A stretch of DNA of 64,000 nt from Paraspadella gotoi (lineage: Eukaryota > Animalia > Chaetognatha), in contig CM119264.1 in the NCBI GenBank assembly GCA_051294375.1, positions 27,994,663-28,058,662 on the forward strand, in the 5' to 3' direction. Shown one piece after another: positions 36,667 through 51,700 of this stretch. The notes beneath the pieces were generated by a model. That model worked only from the letters and a program-made list of their open reading frames with translations. It did not search any database and had not been told where the DNA came from. A program made the translations under genes and the position numbers. How positions within the stretch are numbered: position 1 is the first letter of the stretch; each line of letters begins with the position of its first letter.

Positions 36667-39418
36667 GGTCTTAATAGTAGATCGTAAAAAGAAACTATGT
36701 CAAGAGGTTCCTCAATGTTTGGTTCAGTTTATAGGTGAGGTAATTTTTTAAAATAGTCTAGCGTTATATTAAATGATAGCTTATTGAAGTGCAGCTTGAA
36801 GGGCTTTTTTGACAAGAGAGAAAAAAAAAGACAAACCAGAAATAACGGAGAGAAGATTTTTTTTTTGAACGCAGAGAGAGTTATGTATATTTTGGCTGTA
36901 AAATAGATAGTTATTAGATTGTTGAAAACATGCCCAGAATCGAGCGGCAGAGATCTGGACCGTGAAGGATAGTTTCGAGACGGGAGAGCCCCAAAATACC
37001 CAGAACCCGGAAAGGCAGCACCAGAAAGGTGAAGAGGCGTAGAGACCACATACGAGATCCCCTACTGGATGAAAAAATCTTTTTAGGGGTCAAACATCGC
37101 CAAATCCGGCTGGCGTACGACGAACAAGAGCCAGGGAAAACGGGAACGAGACAGCAGACAAGCAGTCCCTATTCAGATGCTGACGTGACAACGTAAGAAA
37201 GATACATAATAAGCAATATACGCCTCCAGAAGCGACGCAATAATATGATGTGTTCGTTCCTTATGATTGGCGCGACTCTCTGTGGTCTGAGCGGAGTGGT
37301 CGTGACGGATAGACGGCCAAAAGGTGACTGTCAGCGATAATATTCTTCAGTCGTGAATTTTAGCTGCAGCAGTGGTCACACGCAGAAGATCTTCGTGTCA
37401 TAAGTGAATGCTGCTGAGCGACTGTGAACACGCTTGCGAAGGTGGTGTGCACTTGATGGTGTGCGAAGCATCGCGTTCTGTGGACCTGTAATAGCTGCGC
37501 GGACGAATGAGACGCAGCGTCACTCGGAGTGTTGCGGAGCGGGAGAAAGAAAGATAGTAAAGAGGACGTTCGGAGGCGGACGGACGTACAGAAAGACTAT
37601 GTAAGCAAGGGAGGAACAAGTTCTAAAAAGGAGGGCTAAGAGGTGACCTACACAAGAGGTTAGTTAGAGATCCTCGACTCATATCGTGAGAGGAGGAAAG
37701 TCAAGAGAAAAGAAAAAAAGAAAGAAAGATGGTCATCGAGGAGGGATAATCCAACGAGTGGATCAGCTGAGAGACAGTAATACTACGAAGGGACAGGAAC
37801 GTGGTAGTAATTGAGAAGGAAATGAGTCTGGCGTGAGTATATCGACAGTAGAGAAGAGAGAAGAGATGTTTCTCGAATGTCAGTCAAAATATATATACAG
37901 TTGGAGAGTGTGAAAAGGTGGAAGTTTAAACAGAATTGAGCAGAAAAAGTGATGTGGTTTGAGTTGTTGGAGACAATTTAAGCAAGAAAGAGGTTGACTG
38001 AGATAGAAAGTGAGAGGAAGAGAGAGCGAAGTCTGAGACTCTGAATGAGTAAGATGAGTGTGATATACGAATTAGGAAGACCAAGTTGCATCTTCGTGTC
38101 GCGCTGACGTTTGTGGAACTGCTGGGAGGATCCGTTTCGACGGATGGGATCGATCCATTATTCACGGATCACACGGACCGAAAACATGGGGTCCCGACTC
38201 GTAGCGAGTCCATCCGAGATGTCCTTTTAGTCTCTGATTCTCATTCTTTCTCTGTGCCTACTTCTCTATACGGAAATGGTCCGTTCACTATTCTGTCTGT
38301 GTTTCATAGTCTCTTCATTTTCTGTTCGCCATATGTTTGTACTTGATTGATATATTCTGTCTCATCTGTGCGCTCTTCGTGTTTTCTTTTCCTCTCTTTA
38401 ACAAGAAAACCGAATTATTACGACTCCACTTGATCTTCATTTTTCTTTTCGCGTCCTGGTCTGGTTCTCACGAGGGTTCATGCAGCAGCTGCTTGCGAAG
38501 GTAGAGATGTCGCGGGCTTTCCTCACTGTTGTTCGAGCGACATTCGTCTCTACCTCACATGTGTGAAAATGACTGTATACCGCACATATAAACTATCCTT
38601 TGTTGCCGTACTCGCTCCTCGATTCTAGTACAAATCGCCGATCTCAGCTCCGTAAATCCAAATATCGTGCCAGATTAGAAACTTAAGTCCCTCTCTCGCA
38701 TCGATTACTAGCTAGCGCTACTTATACTCACTCATCCATCACATATCGATCTGTCATCTCTCCTCACTATATATTGCGACTTATACGATTACTCTAAATA
38801 CGGTGTACGAATGACTACTACATCGCTCATTTTGATAGTGGTCCCACGTATTATCTATATCCGTTATCTTCCTCCTTCTCTCGCTCATCATCATGCTTTT
38901 CTTGGTGCATTTGCTCGCGTTCCTGACGTCCGTCCTCTCTCTCTCTCACATGCATCGCTGCTCCACATTTGTCTATTCAAAACAGAGGGAGGATAACAGG
39001 AACTAAGATTAGTACCGTCTCTAAGCAAGACCCAATGTTTTCTCTCCTCCCTGTACATCCTTTGTGTCCTCTCTCTTCTCCTCTCTCTCTCGTCCTCTCC
39101 TCTTAGCCTCTGCTCTCTCTTCTCTCTATCTATCGACGTCGCATCTCTGCTCTCTCCATGCTTCGCGCTTTCTTTAGCTCCACTTCATATGTCCTGGATA
39201 CATCTCACTCATCTGAATATAACCTCTCGTTACTCTCGGCTCCTCAAGCCTGTTATGTTGCCCTCTTCGGCGTGTCCGTGTCTCTCTCATACTCCGCCTT
39301 CCTGCTCTCTCAATGGGCCTATCTCCTATAACTCTCATCCGCACTCTGGAAACCGCCTCTCTCTCTATCTCTCTCTCCCATCTTCTCTCTTTTNNNNNNN
39401 NNNNNNNNNNNNNNNNNN

Positions 39419-39451
<33 letters not shown>

Positions 39452-39617
39452 TCTCGATGTCATTCACTTTTATTATTCTTCTTTTTCCTTTTCAATCCTT
39501 TAGGGTCCAACTGACCGAATGTTCTTTGACAAGACAGGGTCAATCCTCGAGATTCTCGTTTCTTCCTTGACTTCCCTCTAAGTCGTCGTCGTCGTCGTCG
39601 AAAAGAAGAAAGAAAGT

Positions 39618-39701
<84 letters not shown>

Positions 39702-40176
39702 AATAAAGAAAGAAAGAAAGACAGTCAAATAAAAAAAGAATGAGCGAAAGGGAGAACATTTAAGCAAGAAAGAGGGAGAGTGAGAAAGAGAGAGAGAAGT
39801 CTTGGCGAGAGGGAGAAGGAATTCTTGGCGAGGACCTTTCACATGATCATCCATTTATTCACGGATCACACGGACCAAAACACATGGGGTCCCGACGCTA
39901 CCCCCCGGAGGTCCTTTTAGTCTTCCTTCTCTTCTTCCTCTTCCTCTCTTCAATGTCCCTTTCCTCTCTTTCTCTTTTAATATCATCTTCTTTTCTTTTT
40001 CCCTATTTTCTTCTTTTTTATTTATTTTATCTTTTCCTCTTTTCTTTTCTTTTCCTCTTCTTTCACCATTTTCACACTTTCCTTCTTTTTCTTTTCCCTC
40101 CTTATGTTCTCACAAGTTCTCTTGTCAATCTTCTTTCCTCCTTGTCCTCTCTCACATTTTGTTTCCCCTTTTATCC

Positions 40177-40214
<38 letters not shown>

Positions 40215-40399
40215 NNNNNNNNNNNNNNNNNNNNNNNNNNNNNNNNNNNNNNNNNNNNNNNNNNNNNNNNNNNNNNNNNNNNNNNNNNNNNNNNNNNNNN
40301 NNNNNNNNNNNNNNNNNNNNNNNNNNNNNNNNNNNNNNNNNNNNNNNNNNNNNNNNNNNNNNNNNNNNNNNNNNNNNNNNNNNNNNNNNNNNNNNNNNN

Positions 40400-40433
<34 letters not shown>

Positions 40434-43400
40434 TTTCATTCCTCCTCCCTCCCCATTTTTTGGGATGCTCGCCTTTCTTCTTGTTAATCTTTCTGACCCC
40501 AATTAACTCGTTCCTTCTGGTTTCTCCAGTTTTATTTGAGAAAGAAGAAGAAAAGGGTTTTTTTTTCGAGAAAAAAAGTTTTATTGTGAAGAGAAGTGAA
40601 TTGTTGTCGTGAGAAAAGTCTTTTTCCTCAAGAAATAATGTTTTTTTCACATGTTTTGTCTGATAAGGACAAATTCGAGGTTTTACAAAATTGTATTTTG
40701 GAATTCAATTTAATTTTGAATGTGACGTGGGTTTTGGAGTTTAGCTCACAGCGAAAGAAACGTAGGACCCAATTCTCACAAGTATTGAAGATCGCGATTA
40801 CAACCGTGAGCAAATGTTAGCGACTGTGTCCATTGTCCAATTGTCCAATCAGCAATGTCCTGCTTAACGTTTGCCAACCAATAATCATCATCGATTTTAC
40901 AGAATCTCTATCAAATCATTTACCAGGTGAATGCTCTCCCACTCTGTCACTTTGCCACTCTGCAACTACTTCATTCCGCCATTCTGCCACTCTACCACAC
41001 TGCCATTCTTCCATTAACGCCATTCGCGATAACCTCGAGTCCCTCGCGCCAAATTCCATCCGTCCGTCCGTCCGTCCTTCCGTCAATTCATCGACGAAGT
41101 CAGAAGTATCGACGTTTAAAGTGCCTCCTAAAGTCGTTTAGTCCCATGGACTTGCTCTCTCTCTCTCTCTCTNNNNNNNNNNNNNNNNNNNNNNNNNNNN
41201 NNNNNNNNNNNNNNNNNNNNNNNNNNNNNNNNNNNNNNNNNNNNNNNNNNNNNNNNNNNNNNNNNNNNNNNNNNNNNNNNNNNNNNNNNNNNNNNNNNNN
41301 NNNNNNNNNNNNNNNNNNNNNNNNNNNNNNNNNNNNNNNNNNNNNNNNNNNNNNNNNNNNNNNNNTTTCACTTTTAAATAATTTATGCAAGCGTTTTTCG
41401 CAAGTGGGCGAATTCGTCTGATGGTTAAAAAGAATTAATGTGTATGTAAAAATAAGTCCAAACACTCAACAAGTTAGAAGCTTGAATTTTTCTATGCTTG
41501 TCTAACCTCTACCGGTAAAAGAGAGAAGTCTTAAGGCACCATTGCCTGTCCGTTTTCCAAAGTCAAGAGCGAGATTGGTGGTTGTATGTAAGTATGTATG
41601 TATGTACCAATCTCATGTAGATGGAAGATACAAAAAAGTCGTCAGGAAATTAAGAACGAAAAAAGACGGACTAAAATGGAAAACATAGGAAAGAAAATTA
41701 AAAATAAAAAAAAACTTATGAAAAAAATTCGAAAAATAAGCAAAGATACAAAAANNNNNNNNNNNNNNNNNNNNNNNNNNNNNNNNNNNNNNNNNNNNNN
41801 NNNNNNNNNNNNNNNNNNNNNNNNNNNNNNNNNNNNNNNNNNNNNNNNNNNNNNNNNNNNNNNNNNNNNNNNNNNNNNNNNNNNNNNNNNNNNNNNNNNN
41901 NNNNNNNNNNNNNNNNNNNNNNNNNNNNNNNNNNNNNNNNNNNNNNNNNNNNNNNNNNNNNNNNNNNNNNNNNNNNNNNNNNNNNNNNNNNNNNNNNNNN
42001 NNNNNNNNNNNNNNNNNNNNNNNNNNNNNNNNNNNNNNNNNNNNNNNNNNNNNNNNNNNNNNNNNNNNNNNNNNNNNNNNNNNNNNNNNNNNNNNNNNNN
42101 NNNNNNNNNNNNNNNNNNNNNNNNNNNNNNNNNNNNNNNNNNNNNNNNNNNNNNNNNNNNNNNNNNNNNNNNNNNNNNNNNNNNNNNNNNNNNNNNNNNN
42201 NNNNNNNNNNNNCGCCAACTTCTTGCGTGCGAAATTAAAATTGCTTTGATTGACTTATTGCGTGTAAATTATGAGTTTGCAATGTACCAAAGGTGGAAGG
42301 CGACTTCGAGGCAAAAAGAGTTTACGTGTTTGTTCCATGTGAAATCGAAGTTGCACGTGGCGAGTGAATTGCGCGTAAATTTACCAAATGTTGCTCGTGA
42401 ATTTGACGTTTCATGTTCTGACTTGTTGCGTGAAAAATTGATCTTTTTATTATCAATTTGTGGCATGTAAATTTTAGGATAGAAGTATCTTGTTTTTGCC
42501 TTTAAATTCAAGTGAGCACACGCCCTGTGGTACAAGAGAATTTTATGTTGCACGAGTCAAATGTTACGTGCGAATTTTTGGTCGCACGCATCGAAGGGCG
42601 TGTCAGCGTTTTTGAGATTAAATCACAATCGAAAAAAAAATCGTGAGGCGATTGAAGTTTCTTGATTTTATGACAAAGAAAAGATAAATATAAGATGAGA
42701 CAAAAAAAATGATAGGAAAGAAAGAAAACTTATAAGTGATAAAGAAGAAGTGCAGAAGTAAAGAAAGAAAGAAGAAGAAAGCAAAATAAAGAAAAGAAAA
42801 GAAAAGAAAAGAAAAGAAAAGANNNNNNNNNNNNNNNNNNNNNNNNNNNNNNNNNNNNNNNNNNNNNNNNNNNNNNNNNNNNNNNNNNNNNNNNNNNNNN
42901 NNNNNNNNNNNNNNNNNNNNNNNNNNNNNNNNNNNNNNNNNNNNNNNNNNNNNNNNNNNNNNNNNNNNNNNNNNNNNNNNNNNNNNNNNNNNNNNNNNNN
43001 NNNNNNNNNNNNNNNNNNNNNNNNNNNNNNNNNNNNNNNNNNNNNNNNNNNNNNNNNNNNNNNNNNNNNNNNNNNNNNNNNNNNNNNNNNNNNNNNNNNN
43101 NNNNNATAGAATAGAATAGAATAGAATAGAATAGAAAAGAAAAGATAAAAAAGAAAAAGAAAAGAAAGAATGGAATAGCAAAGAAAAGAAAAGAAAAGAA
43201 AAGAAANNNNNNNNNNNNNNNNNNNNNNNNNNNNNNNNNNNNNNNNNNNNNNNNNNNNNNNNNNNNNNNNNNNNNNNNNNNNNNNNNNNNNNNNNNNNNN
43301 NNNNNNNNNNNNNNNNNNNNNNNNNNNNNNNNNNNNNNNNNNNNNNNNNNNNNNNNNNNNNNNNNNAAGAAAAGAAAAGAAAAGAAAAGAAAAGAAAAGA

Positions 43401-44808
43401 AAGGATGAACTCAAATGCAGTTTCGCGGAAAGAATACCAAGAAATCTCTCATCTCAATAAACGTTGTTCACCTTTCGACCTCAAATCCGAAGCTTGAATC
43501 TTCTCTCTGTCGCCGACGTGTTCGTCGTTGTTGTCGTTGTTGTTGTCATTCTAGTCGTTGTTATTGTTGTTCTCTTTTTTTTGTCTGTTTTCCGATTTTA
43601 TGGTTCGATTATTTATTCTTTTCTCTTTTTTTTTCTTTTTTTTTTTGCTGCATGCGCGTTTCGTCTGAGGTCATCGATGGGTGAACTACTTTATTTTTAG
43701 GAAAGGATTTTTGAACGAACATGTTTTTTTAGGTTTCTTTGTCGATTTAGTGATTGCTTATTTATGATAATATTTTATTTTCATACTTCGCCTTAGTTTT
43801 TCACTAATTCGCCCGATTTCCTTTTTTTCGTTGCTTCTTGTTACTAAAATTTTTTTTAAAAAAGGCGACCGGGTAGTACGCTTTCTTTCTGAAAGCCTCG
43901 TGCATTTTTCTTGTAAACAAACATTTTGGTGGCAGAATCTCAACCATTCGTCGCTGAGGCGTTAAAGAGAGATAAAGAGAGAGAGAGATAAATAGAGAGA
44001 GAAAAAAGGAAGGAAATAGACAAAGAAAGAAGGAGAGAAAGATAAAAAAAAACTAGAGAGAGAATGAGAAATAGGCTTTGAACCAAATTCAAACTTCACA
44101 TCAAAAAGAAGGGAAAAAATTGTGCTCTTGAAACTTCCAAGTTTTTTTTTGGCAAATGGGAAAAAAAAAGTTTCTTGTTTTCTATTGTTTTTTATGAGTT
44201 TTGTTTTTGGTTAACTTGGTTAAACTTAAAGTTTTAAACGCAGACGAAATGATCATAAATGTCGAAAGATAACGTTGAAAACAAATATTTTATAATATTT
44301 CTATATTGTATCTAAACCGAAGTGTCTCTATGGGTATTGGTTTTTTATTCGGCAGAAGGCGCCTGCCAGCGATGCCCATCACAGGTTCATAAAAATCGAA
44401 AACGACGACAACGACAACAACGACGACGACGACAACAACGACGACGACGTCCAAAAGCCAAGCGTCGCCTTTATGTTCACGGTGATGCAGAGAGAAGCAT
44501 CGAACAGTGAACGGAGCTCGTCTTTCGGGGACTGAATCGATTCACTGCACCTGTTGCCCTCTCAGATGGAGAGAGAGAGAGAGAGAAGAGAGAGAAAGGA
44601 GAGAGAGCAGAGAGAGAGAGAGAGAGAAGAGAGAGAGAAGGAGAGAAGAGAGAGAGAGAAAGAGAGAGAGAGATTTGTTTCCACCACGAAGGCCTCCAGA
44701 GTCTTGTGCTCAAAGGCTCTGGCCTTCCGTCGATGTCACTAATCCTTCTAACAACGGATTGACAAATGTGGTTCTCTCTCTCTTTTACACTTTGATGTAA
44801 GAAGAATG

Positions 44809-44868
<60 letters not shown>

Positions 44869-45086
44869 GCTTATCATGTATTTTATTATATTATTAATAT
44901 AATATTAATATAATTCTCTCACAGTAAGATAAAATATTTGCTAAAAACTAATTAAGAATTGTTAATTTTTATAAAAAAACATAATAAATAAAAAATATTC
45001 CGTTAGGAAGGAAAGATGGAAAAGTCCGACGCCTTAAGGGACGCAGTTTACAAAAATTCATAAAGAGGATTAGTTCACGAAATGTG

Positions 45087-45186
<100 letters not shown>

Positions 45187-45235
45187 AGAGATTCTGTTCG
45201 TGTAAGATATATCGGGAAGAAACAGAGAAAGAGAG

Positions 45236-45266
<31 letters not shown>

Positions 45267-45269
45267 GAG

Positions 45270-47620
45270 ATACAGAATATTTGGAAGTCGGGAACGAGCA
45301 AGTAGATCTGGTGAAGATTACTGAACATATTTAAGTAAATACGGGCCTAGTTCGTGTGCATGATGAAATAATGAAATTACAATAAGTAAAATTACAGGGG
45401 AAGCAAATATTCCTTGATTTTGTTTTCTGTGACGATAAAAAGCATGAGATCATGTAAGGACTACAAAGTGTTTGATGACGTGGGAAGCGATCATTTGCCT
45501 TGTCTAACTAAAATCGCAGTAAAAGGTGTAATCCATTAACAAAAGATAAAGTTAACAAAAATAATCAACTATGAAAAATTTTAAACCACATTTAGATGAA
45601 GAATTCAGAGAAAATCCTAAAAAAAACAAAGAAAACTGGAAAAACTAAATTTGAGGAAAAAGTAGAAAATTTGGACCAAAAAAATACATTTTGCTAAGGA
45701 ACAGTGTTCTCAAGAAATAAATTTAAACAAAAAGGGAAACTGCATCCTAATGCGCAACAACTTGAAGTTAATTAAAGAACGACGATAACTGGTGCAAAGA
45801 GAAAAAAATTAAGGAGGTCTAAATTTTAAAGAAAGTATCAATGATAAAGAGGCTTGGAGAAAATATTTTAACCACCGTCAGTCGAGAAGTGAAAAAATCT
45901 ATCCCGTGAAGATGAGGAGAGATTGCTATGGAAAAGCCTAAAATGAACAAAATCATTGAGAAAGAGACAGCGGAAAAAGTGGTCAATGATAAAGAATTAA
46001 TTTAATTGTGGAAAGGAAAATGGCAAATCTGATTGCATGCCTAAAAAAACCAGATGCACTTCTTAAGAATCAAAATTAGAAAATTGGAAAATCATTAGCA
46101 ACAAGGATGGATCGTGCATTCTGCACGCAGAACCTAATAATGAAAACAAATGGATATTTGATCAGGTACAAAATTTTTAAGTTAGAACAACAGCAAAATT
46201 TTTAATGAAAAAGAAGAAACTCAACACGGAATTAAAACTAATGTGAAAATGCAATGTAATTAAGTTAAGGTCAAATAATTAGGAATCTTAAAACTAAATC
46301 ACCCAGGAAAAGATGGAATCATCCCCCAAAATCATGAAAAACTTAACTCTCTCAGCAAAGGTGGATTCTCAGTGATATCATGCGAGAATGTCTAGACAAA
46401 AGTATATTTCCCTAAACCCTGGAAAACACTTCAAATCTTCGAATGCTCACAAAACCGCGAAAAGATCTGACAGATCAAAAAGCTACCGACCAATAAGTTC
46501 TGATCTCAAGATAGTTGGAAAATATTTAGAAAGATTAGTAAAAAGAAAAACTGACCGAGAGTGGTACAAAAGAATTTAAATGCTATGGGCCCGATGCATC
46601 TGCATACAAGAAAGGTAGATCTGCACAAAGAAAATGTCCCTCAGGCTAGTGAAGACAATTAACTGGGCAGCTTCAGAAAAAAGATACTGCACCATTGGTG
46701 TTGCATTGGACTTCTCTGTGCCTTAATTCGATGTGGAGCAATGGATAATTTACAAAATGCATGGAAAAGGATTCCACTCTAAATCTAACTCAAAATGATC
46801 AGTTTCATACCTCAGGCAATCCATGAAATATTGTTGATGGAAAATCTTGTTCAAGAACCGTCATGCCTAAAAAAAAGCATCACAAGGAGGAATATTAGAG
46901 TCCTGATTTATGTTACGGCTTTATGTAGACGATTTGCCAGTCCCTCATGATGTAAAGGAAGCGGAGCAAAGTAGCCGCTGACGAGTATCCAGTAATCAAG
47001 CTTTTTTTAAGTTCTGGGCTGAAGGAAAAAACCACCAAAGAGCAGTGAAATCCTGGCACCAAGATTAGATGTGTGGTAATGGTTATTGTTCATTGGAGCT
47101 CAATTGTCCCGGGAGAAATCATCATAACTTTACTCGATGTCCGCAGTCACAAAGACTATTGATTTTCAGTTAAATTTAGGCAAGTGAAGAAGTAGTTAGA
47201 AAGAAAAACTCAGGCTCTTAGTATTGGAGGCATAGATGAAGTTGTAATGTGGACTGTGATTCATTGATGATACTGCTAAATAATATTCAAAAGGCCAAAT
47301 TTTTATATGACTGTTAGATTTGGAGAAAGGATCATGAATAGTGGAATAGACTGATAACATATCTGTTTTATACAAAGCTGGTGCATAGTCTTTTACTATT
47401 CCATGTCTGGTACGTTAAACAAAATTCAATGGAAAAATTGAACTAAATTAGCAAGCCTTACAAACCTACTTTTAAAACTGCCCTATGCATCTCTTCTATT
47501 TGGTGTATGTATGAGCAGGTAACAAACAGAAATGAATAGGACAGATTTGGAAGGAATAAATTTATCTTGAAAGTGGACCAAAGGAGAAATGAAATGTTTG
47601 AAAGGTACAGTATCACAACA
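45270..47620 (+). mobile_element. Non-LTR retrotransposon (LINE) ORF2 with APE endonuclease and reverse transcriptase; 5'-truncated, indel-ridden
   Basis: APE C-terminal motifs LDFVFC (about 45414) and KVFDDVGSDHLP (45465-45500); RT motifs in canonical order: KS-PGKDGI (about 46297), SYRPIS...VGKYLERLV (46480-46540), LDFS..FD (about 46707), QGGIL.P (about 46883) and YVDDLP (46922). Confidence 0.88.
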
Positions 47621-48106
47621 TAGAGACATGACAAACGGACACCATATTCACCAATGAAACTGTGCTATGAGAAATGAGATCGGAAGCCACATCTGCCCTT
47701 AGCACATTTGCTTTGGATTTGACACTGTCATTGGCGAGTCCTTTGAAGTTTTTGTTTTTTTTCATGTCAATATTACTTTGTTGATTGAGATTAGATATCA
47801 ATTTCTATTCTTAAACCTGGATTTATATCCTAGCATAACGTTTTTAACAGCAGTTGTAGCCATCTTTAATATCTTTTAGTAATTTTTGATTACATTTTTT
47901 TTTCATTTTTTTTTGTTCCTTACTAACATTTTGAAAGTCTGTACATGTTTAAATTTTTGGATATTTCACGTTTTTAAAATTAATTTTTAAATGGGTTTTA
48001 AAATTAATTTTTCCATTAGACTTTTTTAGTTTCGTAAACGTAAATGACCTCATGGGCCATCATATTGACGCCGGTTTAGTCTATTTTCATATGTTCATAT
48101 TTCATT

Positions 48107-48137
<31 letters not shown>

Positions 48138-48850
48138 ATCTCCTCTTCACGTCTCTTCTCTTCTCTCTCCTCGTTTCTCTCTCTCTCTCAGAGATTCTGT
48201 TCGTGTAAGATATATCGGGAAGAAACAGAGAAGAGAGAGAGAGAGAAGAGAGAGAAGAGAGAGAGAAAGACGAGAGAGAGAAGAGAGAGAGAAAGAGAGA
48301 GAGAGAATGAGAGAGAAAGGATTAGAGAGAGAGAGACATAGAGAGAGAGAGAGAGAGAGAGGAGANNNNNNNNNNNNNNNNNNNNNNNNNAGAGAGAGAT
48401 AGAGAGAGAGAGAGAAAGAGAGAGAGAGAGGCGCCAGCGAGACAGAGAGGGCGCTGCTCGGGGTCGTTTCCCTGCTCGTCCGTCCTCAGGAGGTCGCGAC
48501 TTGAATATACGATGAATCGTTGACTTCGAAATTTTGGGGGAAAAAAATTTGTTTGTTTATTTGTATTTATTTTTAGTTAAATAAAAAATCACTATTTATT
48601 AAAGATTTTTCAAAATAAATAAGCATTCCAGGATGCGTATTTATTACTAGGCAGATTTCTAATTTAATTAATTTTCTAACATCAAATTTTTAATTAATAT
48701 AAGGTACAAAAACGGAATACGTTTTTAAATATTAATTTTTGTTAAAAGATTAGCAAATTTTTTAATGGACGTTCAAAAAAGTATTTGTTTTACATAGATT
48801 AATTTACGGTTAAGAATTACGTGTAATTTTTATTAGCTTAATTAAATTTT

Positions 48851-48903
<53 letters not shown>

Positions 48904-50659
48904 GAGAGAGAGACCGTTTACCGGTGACTCAATTCGATTTCCCTTCTTTTTTTTTTCCCTTAAATATTTAAAATCTTTTTCAAAGTGAAGTTTGAAATTT
49001 GGATGAAGAGAGAAACTGGAGTGGGCGTGGCAGTTGATTCCAGAAATGGAGACGGGCGAGAAAAAATGATTACATCACAAAATCACGACATTGTTTGCCA
49101 TGTCGGGATGGTTTTTTCCATGTTTTTGAGCATGATCGACATGCAGGAAGTCATTCTATTCCTTGTCGTCTTATTTACGCCTTGGATCCATTGCGTCAGT
49201 ATTTTTGTTTCATTTTTATCATTTTTTTTCTCATTGATCATTTAAGTTGTTGAAACGTCAGTGTTGACAAATATCTCCAGGGATGATAGCTTTTTCTTTT
49301 CATTGCCTTCCTTGTTATTGTTGTTGTCTTCGTCGCCTCTTTGTCTTTGTCGTCGTCGTCGTCGTATGCATCATTTATCTCGGTTTAAGCAGCGACTCGC
49401 GAATTGTCATTCATATTTTATTTATGAAGGACAAAAAATCAAAAAAAGTAAAAACTGAAAGAATAAAAAGAAAAAGAAGTAAAATTCGAGATGAAACAAA
49501 TAAAGAAAAACGGAGAAAAAATAAGAAATTCAAACAAATTCTCTTAGACTTACAAAAACCAAAAATCTTATAAAAGTCAAGAAAAAAAATGTTATTCGAT
49601 TGAAGCCAAAACAAAAGAAAAAAAAGAAAACTATTACAAAACAAAACCAAAAAAAAAACAAACGATTACAATATATTATTAGTTTTTGGCGAAATTTCTC
49701 GAATCTTTGTGGATTTAAAGGTCGAACGAGAGACGCTGTTTGTCTTTCCGTAGTCGTTACATCTTTTCCCATAATTTATTTGTTTTCGATTTCCGTTTTC
49801 TTTGTTTTTCTTTTGTTTTTCTTTTTGTTTTTACTCTCCTTTTTAAGTCTTCTTCTCTACGCTTCGCGTTCTTCATTTGTTTTGTTTTATCTATTTTTTT
49901 TATAATTATTTTTTTATCTAGTTTATATTTTATATCCTATCTCTTTTTCTTTTATTTCTTATTCTTTTACCTATTTTACTAATCGCCTTAACATATCTCA
50001 TAATACTTATATGGTGCAGAGACTCTTGTAAACATGAAATTGTTTCAAACAAACTCTGCTGATTTTGCCTTAATATCGTCTTTTTATGTTGGGATTTCAA
50101 GCGAAAATGAGCCCCGAGGGTCCCAATTTTATAAGTGGCCACCTCTTTCTAAATGTATTAATTCATTTTTTATTTCGTATATTATTTAGTCTATAATATA
50201 TATTTTATTCCTTTTTTTTCACCCATTTTTTTCATTTTTTCTTTTATTTCATTCTCTTTCCTCATTCCCCCCACCTTTTCTCTTCTTTCATTCTCTTCAT
50301 TTACTTCGCTTTTCTTTCATTTTCTTCTTTTTCTTCTCTTTTCTTTCACTCTCTTCATTTTCTTCTCTTTTCTTTCATTCCCTTCATTTTTTTCTCTTTA
50401 CTTTCATTCTCTTCTTTTTCTTCTCTTTGCTTTCATTCTCTTCATTTTCATCTCTTTTCTTTCATTCTCTTATTTATCTTCTCATTTCTTTCATTCTTTT
50501 TGTTTTCTTCTCTTTTCTTTCATTCTCTTCATTTTCTTCTTCATTTTTCTTTCTCTTCGCTTTTTTTTGTTTTTGTCCTTTGATGCAGACTTTTAAATCA
50601 ATAAGGGGATGTGACTAGAATTCAATTTCATATTTTTTTTAAATATGGAAAACCTCGGC

Positions 50660-51060
50660 TTTCAAGCTTCGTCGTCATCTTTGTCTTCGTCGTCTTCTTT
50701 GTCCTCTTTTGTATTCGTCTTTAATCTTTGTCTTGGTCCTCTTCTTTGTCCTATTTGTCATCTTTTGTTCTCGTTGTATTCGCCTTTATTCTTTGTCTTT
50801 GTCCTCTTCTTTGTCATCTTTGACTTTTTTTGTCCTCTTTGTATTCGCCTTTATTTTTTGTCCTTGTCCTCTTCTTTGCCCTCTATGTCTTTTTTAGTTT
50901 TTGTTGTATTCGCCTTTATTTTTTGTATTTTTCCTCTTCTTTGTCCTCTTTGTCTTTTATCGTCCTCTTGGTATTCCCCTTTATTCTTTGTCTTTGTCCT
51001 CTTCTTTGTCCTCTTTGTCTTTTTTCGCCCTCTTTGTATTCGCCTTTAATCTTGGTCGTC
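50660..51060. repeat. Pyrimidine-rich minisatellite (TTTGTATTCGCCTTTATT...TTGTCCTCTTCTTTGTC), about 65-70 bp unit
   Basis: GTATTCGCCTTTA-type core recurs about 6 times. Confidence 0.8.
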
Positions 51061-51489
51061 TTCGTCGTAATCGTTCCAATTCTCACGACGATTTCGTCGT
51101 CAGTTTCGTCGTAACTTTTGTCAACAATTTTCTCTTTGCAGAGAGGAGGTTTCCAAGTCCATCTGACGGTGTAGCAAGATCCAACACACTGTGCTTTATG
51201 GAACTTGGGATCTGGTGCCACCAGTGGTGGTGTTTTTAACTGCTTCGGCACTGGTGATGATGGACACACTCATTTTATCCTAAGTGACATGACATCACTA
51301 CAATTTTTCATTTTTCCAATTACAGAAATTTAGTTTTTTAAAGTTAAACACTATATAATGTAGAGTAGTGGCTTAGATTTCGCTGTCATCAAAGTTTTAC
51401 TTATAATTTTTATGTTAATTAGCTTTTTTTTTTAGCCTTTTAGTTTTCAAATTCCAGTTGTATGTTATTTCGGCGAAATGAAGGAAAGA

Positions 51490-51700
51490 TCTCATCCCTA
51501 CGAAATCTCACTTTGTCTCAATATCATCCCTAAGAATCTCTTTTAGTCTCAACGTCATCCCTACCAAATCTCTTTTTGTCTCAATATCATCACTACAAAT
51601 CTCTTTTAGTCACAACGTCATCCCTACCAAATCTCTCTTTGTCTCAATACCATCCCTACAAATCTATTTTAGTCTCAACGTCATCCCTTCCAAATCTCTC
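51490..51700. repeat. ~32-bp minisatellite (TCATCCCTACCAAATCTCTTTTAGTCTCAACG), about 7 copies
   Basis: Tandem copies are visible. Confidence 0.9.

Noticed and set aside
47610-47900. Minus-strand Cys/His pattern (QCQ..SKCAKGRCG..H) resembling a LINE ORF1 zinc knuckle, suggesting an inverted 5' piece
   Set aside because: Too degraded by indels to establish CCHC spacing.
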